This document shows positions 36,008-46,700 of a stretch of 64,000 nucleotides of DNA, in pieces (the stretch's first letter is position 1; every line of letters begins with the position of its first letter). Where the stretch lies: the NCBI RefSeq assembly GCF_000315625.1, contig NW_005434613.1, forward strand, positions 67,029-131,028. The letters are read 5' to 3'. The notes under the pieces were generated by a model. The model saw only the letters and a list, made by a program, of their open reading frames with translations. It made no database searches and was not told the origin of the DNA. The position numbers and the translations under genes were made by a program. The DNA is from Guillardia theta CCMP2712. Taxonomy: Eukaryota; Protista; Cryptophyta.

Positions 36008-37211
36008 TCAGTCGAGAACCTCGAGGTCGATCGAGGTTGAGGGACCAGCCGTACTCGCCCCCGTCTTCTTCAGCAGCCGATAGGCGAAGATGGTGGGGGA
36101 GAGGAAGGAGGGTTTGACGAAAGAGAGGTCAAGGGGGGAGACCTGAGCTCCCAAGTCACCCACGACAAAGGCGGCGAAGCACAGAGCACCTTGAAGTGCT
36201 TGACGGCTTCTACCTCGAAGAAACTCCTCCTCATCCTGCCGTCCTTGTCATAGAGCCTCCCAGCCCTGCCCCCCCCCCTCCCCTTAAAAGAATGACNNNN
36301 NNNNNNNNNNNNNNNNNNNNNNNNNNNNNNNNNNNNNNNNNNNNNNNNNNNNNNNNNNNNNNNNNNNNNNNNNNNNNNNNNNNNNNNNNNNNNNNNTCCT
36401 CCTCCTCCTCCTCCTCCTCCTCCTCCTCCTCCTCCTCCTCCTCCTCCGTCGTCACCTCCATCCCCCCGGGATCGAATCGTCGTCGTGGAACAGCAGTACT
36501 TCCGTCCTGTCGTCACAGAGCTGCAGCAGACTTGCGAGCAGAAGGGAGAAGGATGGCAGGAAGAACGTGAGGTCAGATCCGATGATAGAGCTCCAACGCT
36601 CTCTTGACAACTCCTCCTCTTCCTCCCCCCACTCGTGTGACCGGATCTCGACCAACACGTCCGGGTTTGCTGAGACGTTCTGAGCGAGGTACCACAAGGA
36701 GGAGGCCCTGTCTGTCGCCACAACTCGCGATGCTCCCGCACGTGAAGCCGCCATGGCGCCGAGCCCATGGCTAGATCCAAGCTCGAGGACGTTACGGTGG
36801 GAGAAGGAGGTGCGATGCGTCTCGACGTAGTTCATGAGCGTCTGCCCCGAGGCTTTACGGGTGCGAAGTACAGGAGCATGCAGGGCTCACCAGTGCTGCA
36901 GGCCAGAGGAAGAACTCGCCATCGTTGCCTGCCTGCGTGAGACCGCCGTCAGGTCTGTAGGGGAGGAGGGACGAGGAAGGACGAAGGGAATCATCGAGGA
37001 AGGTATGGGGGAGGATCAGACGAGGAGGAAAGAATAGGGTAGGATCGTCGTGTTGAGGAGTGAGAACCTTGCAGGGATCCTCGTAGAGGACGTAGGGAGT
37101 TGCCAGGAGGGCTGAACTAATCTCGCGCCTCCACATTTTGTGTGTCCCATCGAATAGGCCGAAGGAGGAGAGCGAGTCTATGCTGTTGACCTCCAACCCC
37201 ATCACATCCAA
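36008..37211 (-). CDS. METTL21/Methyltransf_16-type SAM-dependent protein lysine methyltransferase
   Basis: FLWPAAL, VLELGSSHGLG (motif I), VVATD, HEWG, IIGSDL; ends TIFAYRLLKK...EVLD*. Confidence 0.85.
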
Positions 37212-37379
37212 GTCAAGTCTGCCTTAACATCCTCCTTTCCCCTCTCCATTCCTCTCTCCCTTTCCCTCTCCCTTCCCCTCTCCCTTCCCCTCTCCCTTCC
37301 TCTCTCCCTTCCCCTCTCCCTTCCCCTCTCCCTTCCCCTCTCCCTTCCTCTCCCTCCATGGCGCATTCCGCACAGATGC

Positions 37380-38100
37380 GGCAGTGCTACGGCCTGGTGA
37401 GTTCAACGCGCCGCGCCGGAGGCCCGGGTGCCGGTGGCCCTCTCCCCCGGCCGGTACCGGGCCCGGGCCGGGCGCTGGCATGGCGCGGGGGAATTGTCCT
37501 GCGCGCAGTTAAGTGAAGGTATCAGTTAAGTTTGGGGGACAGCAGTTGGAAGGAATAGGTTTGGTTCTCGCTGTCTTTTCTCTTCTCGCCGTTTTGGAAG
37601 ATTTTTGACTTAACCGTAACAAGTTTGTTTGAGTAGCCAGTGGCAAAGAGAAAAATGCCATGTCAAAGGGCGGCTGAGCATTGTCTTTACGGTCCGAGTC
37701 ACCGTGCCTGACCATGAGCCGCGAGTTCCGGGAAGATCCGTGGACACTGGACGTGAGCCTGAGTCCGGAAATATTCGAGTCACAACTTGCCAAGTTCTGT
37801 GCCACGGACTGACGGTGAAACGGCGAGTCGGAAATCAGTGAAGGTGTTCGGAAAGTACCATCATCGAGTTTGTATCACGACCGGTGACGTGCAACAGCCT
37901 GACTCTGAAGCCTACCGTACGGCGTAGTCTATAATTGACTCTGAAGCAGCCGGGCTGCCACTGCAAAACTACCCGGCGCCTTGCCACAGCGGCCAGTGTA
38001 GATCGGACCCGGCGGGTGTACGGGCGGGCCGGCCCTAGATACTGAACTTGGTGACTGGGAACCGAAAGTTTACTTCCTACTGGACTGACTTCCCGTAGTG
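37380..38100. other. GC-rich CCGG/GGCC block with AAGTT/AACTT words
   Basis: ggcccgggtgccggtggccc, ccggccggtaccgggcccgggccggg, gggcgggccggccc; agttaagt. Confidence 0.5.
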
Positions 38101-38114
38101 AAAAGTTCACGCTT

Positions 38115-38410
38115 TAGGGGGTGGGTACCTGGATCATGGCAGGGTCATCGAACGGGGGGGTTATCTGACCAGGGTACAAGTCCCAATCAAAAATAGAACA
38201 TATCAAAGTGGTGGGTACTTTTCTGTCATTTGTACCTGTCTCAAAACATAACAGTGGGTAGGGGTACATTACATGGGGATCTGACCACTGTGTGCAGAGG
38301 GGGTGAGAAATGGCCTTTCATGGATATGGGGGTAGGTCGACATGGGTGGGTAATTATTGGAGGGGGATAGGGGTACGTGCTGTGCGTACAAGGGTGGGGT
38401 GGGGTGATAA
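38115..38410. promoter_or_regulatory. GGGTA-rich block upstream of gene
   Basis: gggtacc, gggtac, gggtaggggtac, ggggtag, ggggtac. Confidence 0.4.
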
Positions 38411-38992
38411 TGAGTGATTCCCGAAATAGAAACCAGCCGCCTCTGGTGATGGGCGATGGCAGAGGAAAATTGGATGAAGAAGGAGAGAAGAGAGAGAGAA
38501 GAGAGAGAAGAGAGAGAAGAGAGAGAGGAGAGAGAAGAGAGAGAAGAAAGAGAGAGAAGCGAGAAGAGAGAAGGCTGAAAGGATAGCAAGGAAGCATGGG
38601 TGAGAGGAGATGAGCAGTACATTGGAAAGAAGAAGAGATTTATCTTGAAGTGCAGCAGGGACATCAAATCGGTAGTTTACGTTGGAACAAGAGCTTTGTA
38701 AATCTCAATGCTTATATTCTAGAGGTTGTTTCGAATCATCTGCTCTAGAGAGTATGAAACACGTAGTGCTGATCTTCAAGCAGCGAACTGTGAAACTCTA
38801 AATTTTGAGGTAGTCATACATAGCTGCTGTGTCCCGGAACCTGACAGGAAGAACCTATCAATCAGTTGTTGTTCTGAAGCATCTGTTAGAGTGATTGCTC
38901 ATGTTTATGCATACAACTAGTATTCTGTGTGTTCCATCACGATGAAGTGCTTCCATGCATGACTGTTTTCTATGTGCCCAGGTCTCGTTCTC

Positions 38993-40447
38993 ATGGCGAT
39001 CGGTCAAGCGAGTTCTCACGGGACTGAAATCCCTTCCTATGTCTGCTATGTCGATCAGGGGCAGGACACCCGCCGGCGATCCAATGTCAGGCGCGCCATC
39101 GTGGCATCGGCTCTTGTTGCCGTCGCTCTTTGCGCTGCGGTCATGCTCATGTTCTCCAAGCAACCGGCTCCCGCCCGTCGATCCCTCCTGGGTATGACCA
39201 AGGCTACTGCTGCTGCCAAGGGCCGCATGGACATCGCGCTTGCTGCCAGGCTGATCAAGGCGGCGCCCTCGGCGTCTTTTGCGCAGCTCTCGACGATCTT
39301 GGACAACTGGAAGAGCAACCAGATTGTGAACTTCGACCGCTCGAGCCAGACGAGCACGCAGATGTTGGCGTTCTTGCCTGGGAATGTGGAGACAGCTCTG
39401 GAGGAATCCGGAAAGCTCTGCGAAAAGAAGGACTTCATCTTCCAGAAGTTCAACCAGCTTCTCAACAAGCTCAAGGACGAGTCCATCGTGAGAAATCAGA
39501 CCGACCATGCCGCCTACGTTGCCCAGCAGGAGGCGCTCAAGGCTTGGCTGGATGGTGAGAGCGCTTACCGTCTTGAGGTAGAGAAGGAGAAGGAGGCCAA
39601 GGACGGGGCACAGTTTGCTCGTGCCGAGCTGGAGAAGTGGAAGGCAACTGTGAAGCAGACTGAGGAACGTCTCACTACCATGACAAAGTCCTACAACGCA
39701 GAGAAGGCTGATATTGAATCTGAGAGGTCAGTCTTTGCTCATGCGCATTCCTGCCTCCTCTGTGCTTACCCGCTCTGCCAGGGAGCTTCTCAAGGAGATT
39801 CTCCGCATCCTCGGCGTTCTTGAGGACCAGCCTCTAGATGATGTGAGTCTCTTGTCCTCCACCTTCCTCCTCCTTCCTTCTGACTTGCTCGTTCGCTGCA
39901 GAGAAGCAAGGAAGCTGGTGGCTACACCGCTCAGAAGCGCGCCCAGGATGTCGCCATGAAGCAGCTCCGCTCCAAGATTGCTCAGCTGAAGCAGCGTGCG
40001 ACCCTGGGAGGGCCCCTGCACGTCAAGCAGGTCACGATGCTCCAGCAGAAGCTTGCAAACTTTGCGGAGACCGACGAGGTGAGGAAGCTGCTGGAGGCCA
40101 TGCTGGCGGATCTCGCCACCCGCGAGGAAGTCATCGACAAGGCGTATCAGGAGACTCAGACCGAGCTCGAGCAGCACAAGGACAAGGTGGTGGAGTACGA
40201 GAAGGAGGTCGTGGACCTGTCCAACGCTGCGGACAAGGCGAAGCAGCGAGCGGACGCCAAGGACCTGCAGCGCCAGGCGCTCAATGGCAAGAAGATCAAC
40301 TCGGACGAGGAGTACAAGAACGAGCACGCGGAGTACGAGATCGTCGCCACTCCTGCCGAGCGAGCAATCTACATCCTCCACATGATTATGGAGAAGATCG
40401 ACGCCTTCTGCAAGAACGGAGGAAGTGCCGCATCCCCGACCGCTTAA
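38993..40447 (+). CDS. Type II membrane-anchored coiled-coil protein; paralog of 1-1198
   Basis: TM AIVASALVAVALCAAVMLMF, STQML motif, LCEKKDFIFQKFNQLLNKL, two short introns (~39727-39781, ~39843-39901), ends IDAFCKNGGSAASPTA*. Confidence 0.88.
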
Positions 40448-40701
40448 GCGGATCCCACGGGACCCTCATCCTCTATCTTGAAGTTGTACCTCTACCTCTG
40501 ACCTCTATAAACGTACGAGAATTCCTTGTCCCTCCTCGCTTGCTCGTCGTTCTCCCAGTCTCCTTCCTTCCTCTCTCTTTTCCCACCATCTCGCTTCAAC
40601 TCCCTCACGGCAGCTGTTGCCGATGAGGGGCTGGCGAGCAGAAGAACAGCGAGGGAGGGTGAGCAGGGGACCTAAAGGGGAGGACGATCATCGGGCTTGT
40701 C

Positions 40702-43700
40702 TTACATGGTTTTGTTAGACCGAAAGAATACAATCACCTGCTAGTAAACAATAACTCTCTATGCTACCTTCTGCCCTGCACCCTCCCCAGCAGGCTTCTC
40801 ATCAGCTCCTCGTTTCTCCTCGCCAGCTCCTCCTGTCTGTGTTGTCAGCGGCACAAACACCCGCCCCGCCCCTTCCCCTCCCCCTCTCACGACCTCTATC
40901 CTCCCCATTCCATTCCCTTGTCCTCCTCACCGTCTAACACCCTTCTCTTCCCTTCCCTTCCCCTCCCTTACGCTCTCCATCTCCCCTTCCTCCCCCCTCC
41001 CTCGCTGCTCCTCACGTTGTGAAGGAGAAGTTCATCCATGGAAGTCATGCGCTGCTTTCGCAGCTGCTTCAGGTCGTCAGCTGGGCTTCAGCTCGGTCAC
41101 TCCTCTTACCTCGATGGCTCTCCTCGCCTCCTTCACGTTCTCCTTCACTTCCTCTTGGATCGCATTCAGCCCATGCAGCGATGCCAGCGCAACCTGAGCA
41201 GGTGAGGAACTCAAAGTTAGCCCCCTGCCGACGCCTACTCCTCCTCCTCCTCCCCTGCCCCATGCCCCCTGCCCCCTGCCCCCTGCCCCCTGCCCCCTGC
41301 CCCCTGCCCCCTCCTCCTCCCCTGCCTCCTTCTTGTCCTCCTCCTCTGTCACTCGTTTTCTGTGTCTCTATCCTCCTCTGATCCATGCCTGCTCCAGGTT
41401 TCTCCCTGCCTTTGGTTGTTTCCTCCCCTTTATCCTCTCATCCATCTCGCTTCCTCTTTCGCTCGCTTCAAGTCACCCTTCGTCTACTCCATTCTTGCTC
41501 CAGTCGCTGTCGTCCTTCCTCCCCCTCCCTCTTATCCTGTGTCGTTCCTCTCTCTCCGTCTTATCCTGTGTCCTTCCTCCCTCTCCCTCCCGTCTCTCTT
41601 CTCTTCCTCTTCCTCACCCCGTCGATATCCACGCTTGAGATTCTCGTCGGATCCTCGCCGAGTCCAAACGCCATGAAGAAATCTTGAGCCATCGGCCCCA
41701 TGTGGCGAACCTGATGAGGCTCGGTCAACCTCCTCCCTCCCCCGTCGACTCCTTCTCCAAGACCCGTCTCCTCCTCCTTCGCCCCGATCCTTCCTCTCTC
41801 CCTCTCCTCTTCCTCCACGTTTCTGATACTCTACTCCTGTGCTGTTCAGCTCCTCTCCATCACTTCCATCATGAACAGCTCTCCCTGAACTCACATCATC
41901 GCCTTGGTATGACCAAGTGCTGATAGGAACCTCCTTCACAAGTTTCTGCGAGAAAGTGAATGGCAGAGGGAGGGAGGGAAGGGGGTAGGGAGAGAGGGAG
42001 AGAGGGAGGGAGCTGGGAGGGAGGGGGAGAGGGAGGGATGGAGGGAGCTGGAAGGGAGAGGAGCAGCAGGAACAGGAACAGGGCGGGAAGGGAGGTGAGG
42101 TAGGAGACAGGCAGGCAGCGGACCTGCAGGACGAGTCTGGGGTTCACTTGTTGGATGTCTTCCTTACTGTTCCTGTCCGAAAGGACAGACCACGAGCTGC
42201 ATGCGACGGTCAGTCCCTGCTCCCCCCCTCCCCCCAGCTCACGCCTCACCTGCTCCTCGGCTCCAGCACGACGCCCAGCTCCTTCCCAGAGGGGGTGAAG
42301 CCAGTCACGAACTTGATGCCTCCTCTTGCCCGCACGTTGAAGGATCCGTCGGCCTTGGAGCTGAAGGGAGGAAGCGAGCTGTCTCCCGCTACGCTCCCGT
42401 CGGTAAAGACGAAGCTCCCGGTGTGCGCGGCAGGGGCCGCGTTGACGCCCAGGGAGACGGTTGTGGCATTGGCGAGGAGGCTACTGCACTTGATAACGTA
42501 CTCCTCCTCCGGGAAGACGATGCTAGACGGCAGGTTGCCAGTGGTGATGACGGTACCGGACACGTCGGGGAACGAGATAATGTTCTGGCCTGTCGGGGGG
42601 GAGATCTCGAACACCGTGCTTCCTGAGGATACATTGGCTATCCCCTCGGAGAACCGCAAGGGGAACCTTCCGTGGATCACCGATCTCACCTCCACCTTCC
42701 CAGCTCGATCCGGGCTGCCTATGGTGATCAGGCTCCCCGCAAACACGAGCTTGCCCAGCAAGTTCGCCTCCCCGATGACGTTGAGCGACTCTACGACGTC
42801 GGGGAAGTTGCCGGTGGTCAAGATGGTTCCGGTCACGTCCGGCAGGGTGATGACGTGGCTACCCGACGGCTCCTCGACCCCCAGGGAGATGCTAGAGGCG
42901 CCCTGGGAGGTTCCAGGGAAGCGGAGGGGGGAGGAACCAGTCAGAACGGCGTTGACCTCCAACAAGCTGGCGGCTCCCGGCGTGCCAAAGATGACGTCAT
43001 CGTTTGTGAAGGAGGCGCCTTTGTAGAAGCTCGCCTGCCCGATGAAGGAAGTGGTCTCGAGAACGTTGAGCATGTTGCCGGTGGTGAGGACAGTCCCGCT
43101 GACGTCAGGGAGAGTGAGCAGCCGGTCCTCCGTCGGGCTCTCAACCCCTATGGAGAGGACGTTGTCCGGCCAGGATCGGTCGGAGAAGGTCAAGGGGACG
43201 GAGCCGAGGAACTGAACGTTGAACCTGACGGAGCTCGCAGTCCGCGGATCTCCTATCAGCAAATTTCCCCCGATCCTCGTCTCCCCGTCCAGGGACGTCA
43301 CCCCCAGCACCGACACCTCCTCAAATACCTCAGGCAACGTCCCAGCTGTGACGATCGACCCACTGGAGTCCGGCAGGTGGACGATAGCTGAGGAGGACGG
43401 CTCCGGGAGGTGGAGGGTGAGAGTCGACGACGTCCTGTCCTTGTGCACGAAGGCCAGGGGGAACTGCCCGACCGCAAAGCCCTGCAGCTCGACCTTGGAC
43501 CCGGGCTGACCGATGGACGAGTTTCCCATGACCAGCAGCTTTTGCTGCACTGCCAAGCTGCTGAACGCTGACTCCTTGCTAATGTCCTCGAGGTTCCCTG
43601 TGGTGATAAGTGTTCCCGTCACATCCGGCACCACCAGCTCTGCCAGGAACGTGTCCTGCTGCTTGTCCGGGTACCACCCCTGCTCCGCGCACTTGAACGC

Positions 43701-46700
43701 CTCGGCTGCCGTCGGGTCCGCCACGATCTTCGACTCGTCCACGAAGTAGGAGCGCTCGCCGCTGAAGATGGGCGAGAGAAGCTGCGTTATTTTCCCCTGA
43801 TGCCACTCCACCTCCGCCAGGTCGCACAGGCTTGCTGCAGCAGGGGAGAGCTGAGGGCCAAGGAACCGCATGGAGTCGTAGGAGTGTCCGGTGGAGACGA
43901 CGAAGCTGGTCCAGACGCCTTCTGGCAGCACGTCCTTGACTACCAGGACGTCCTCCCAGACCTTGTTGGAGGTGTTGAGCCCTTGTACGACGGCGCCGAC
44001 GAGGCTGGCAGAGAAAGAGCTTCTGGGAAGGATACGGACCAGCGAGATAACAGTGGGGCTCACGAAGTCCATCCCCAGCATGCACTGGGTGACTGTCAGC
44101 TGGAGGTCAGCTGGGAGCGCCAGGGCTGTCAAATCGAACACGTCAGAGCTGGCAGTCACTGCGGTACCGCTGGCTGTGGAGGTCTGGAGGGAGAAGAAGG
44201 TGGAGGCGTTGCCATCGTATGCGCAGAAAGGGTCGAGAGGAGATAGGCAGGGAGGCGTGTCGGTGGAGCAATCCTTGGATCCCAGGATGCCGTTGCAAGC
44301 AAAGGAGGTTGAGTTGACAGCCACCTGAGGGGGGAACAAGTCAGGCCGGGCTGGTACGCTTGACAAGCTAGACTACTCACGTCCTTGACAAACCCGACGG
44401 ATTCGTTGGACGTCTGCTGCCCTGCCCCATTGCATGTGCAAGTGTCAACGTCGTAGGAACTGCAGAGTTGACGTCCCGACACGTCCAGGCACTGGTAGAG
44501 AGTGCGGTTGTACTGGATGATAGCGCGAGCGTACAGCAGGCCAGCCATCTTAGTCCGAGCTACGAAGCCTTGGCGGATCGCGTAGTAACCGAGTTCATGG
44601 TAGTCTGAGATAGAGAGAGATGAGAGTACATTCCGGCAGACAGTCTGATCGATCTGCTGCGTTCCTTCCACAGGCACTCTGAGACAACCAGTCAGACAAC
44701 CATGAGCGAGAAAGTTAGGATGAGGATGAGGATGAGTATGAGGATGAGGATGAGGGTGAGGGTGAAGGTGAGGAGGTGGTGGCGGTGGAGGAGGAGGGAG
44801 CGAGAAACTGATCTCTAGTACCTGAACGCCACCTTCCCCTTCACTCCAACCGGCAGTGACGGCGCGTCCGTGCTCAGGTAGTCTCGAAGAGCGATGTCGA
44901 CACCAAACAGGTGCGGAACGGTCAGCTGGACCCGAGCCGGGCCGGAGTCCGGGTTGCTGAATCGCATGCTGACGTCACCATCGACCCAGGAGAAGAACTC
45001 GAGCGAGGAGTAGCTGGAAGCTGAGCCCAAGGAAATGTTGCCCTGGAGATTGACGTCTCCTCCTACGTAGAGCTGCTCGTTGGGAATGCGAATGTTGGGC
45101 AGACCCAACAGGTTCCCAGTGGTCAGGACAGTCCCAGAGACGTCAGGAAAGGTGATGTTGCGCGGTTGGGTGGCTGGGATGGTGCAGACTTGAGTGTAGG
45201 TGGCGTCGTTCTCGTTGATGAGAAAGTTGAAACAGCCACTGATCCGGGACGTGTTCCCCAGGTTGAGGTAGGAGAAGGTGGGAGAGCCCGGGCTCCCGAA
45301 GTTAACCTCACTCTGGATGTCCAGTCCTTGCAGCTCGATGCTCTTGAAGACAAGATCGTCTGTGTTGCCCGTCGTAATGACCGTCCCCGTCGCGTCGGGG
45401 AAGACAAGCCTCCTGTTGCCCCCCAGCGGCACCTGGTTGATCATCCCGTAGGGTGCCGAGTAGGATGGCAGAACGCCGTCAACTCGCGTGAGTGGAGCAG
45501 TTCCCAGCGCTGCAAAGTCAACAATGGTAACAGGATCGCCAGGCTGTCCACCATGCTGGAAGATGAAGTTGTTCTTGCCTCGAAGGCCCAGCAGGAGATT
45601 GATGTCCTCCAAGTTCCCGCTCGTGATCATGGTGCCATTGGCCTCCGGCAGCTCGATCTTGCGCGTTCCCGTTGGGATGGAGAAGGACAGGCGAGTCGCC
45701 TCGTTCCTCATGTAGAAGTGAACGTCAAACTGCTCGTCCTTCTGCAGCCAGCAGTCGGTGGCGCTCGAGTAGGCCAGAAGGCACTCGCGCGAGATCTTGT
45801 TCAACAGATCCCCCTGTCGATACGAGGTCAAAGAAATCTTGACCGGCGACCCCGGCGTGTCGACCGTAACGGCCCCGAGTGAAGAGTCTTTGACGACAGT
45901 CAAGGTCGGAGGAACTGAGCACTTGGCCTGGACCGCCAGCCTGCTGACTGCTGGATCGCAGCTGGACCTGGAGAAGCTCTTGATCCTTGCCGTGCCGATC
46001 TTGAGCAGGGTAAGGGCATCCTTGGTGAGAGCGACGGTGCAGCCAGCGCCGAGACAGAGATCCTTGAACGCTGCCTCGATTTCTGTCGCGTTGCCGCAGC
46101 TCCTTGTGCTGGCGTTGTAGAGGCCGCAAACTCCGTCGACGTTCTCTCCCCAAGACACGAAGCTGATGCTCGAGATCGAGTCTCCACCAGGGCCGTCGCA
46201 GGTGATATTGGCGAGTTGAGAAGTGTTGGCAGGCAGCTCAAGGCAGGTGGACACTCGGGTGAGGTAGTAAGTCTTGTCGCTGTTGAAGTTGGCGTTCCAC
46301 AAGGACGGGCTGTCCGACCATCCTGAGCAGAACTGGGACGTTGCGCTACCACAGAAAGTAGTTCCACGTCCCGAGGAGAGAAACTTCCTGGTCGAATGAC
46401 TCTGGACGATGACGTCACACGTCTTCGAATCGAGGGGGCACAGGCTGATGTCCCAGCAGGGGATCCCTCCACACTTGACGGGCAGCAGCTCGAACTCAGT
46501 CAGAGGGTCGGAAGGGGAGCTGCTGGATTGGGCCAGCCGCAGCACTTGGCAGTCTGACCTCAGATACCACTGGGATATTGGGCAGCTCTTACTGGTGACG
46601 ATGAGATTGTTTCCGTTGCCGTCCTTCATCTGAACCCTGTAGTACCGAGAGGCGAGCACCAGTCCGCACGTCGGATCCGACCTCTTACACTGCTGGAGGC

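Noticed and set aside
42148-43391. Plus-strand 240-290 aa ORFs
   Set aside because: Antisense shadows of the GC-rich fibre CDS; the same applies to ORFs opposite the channel genes
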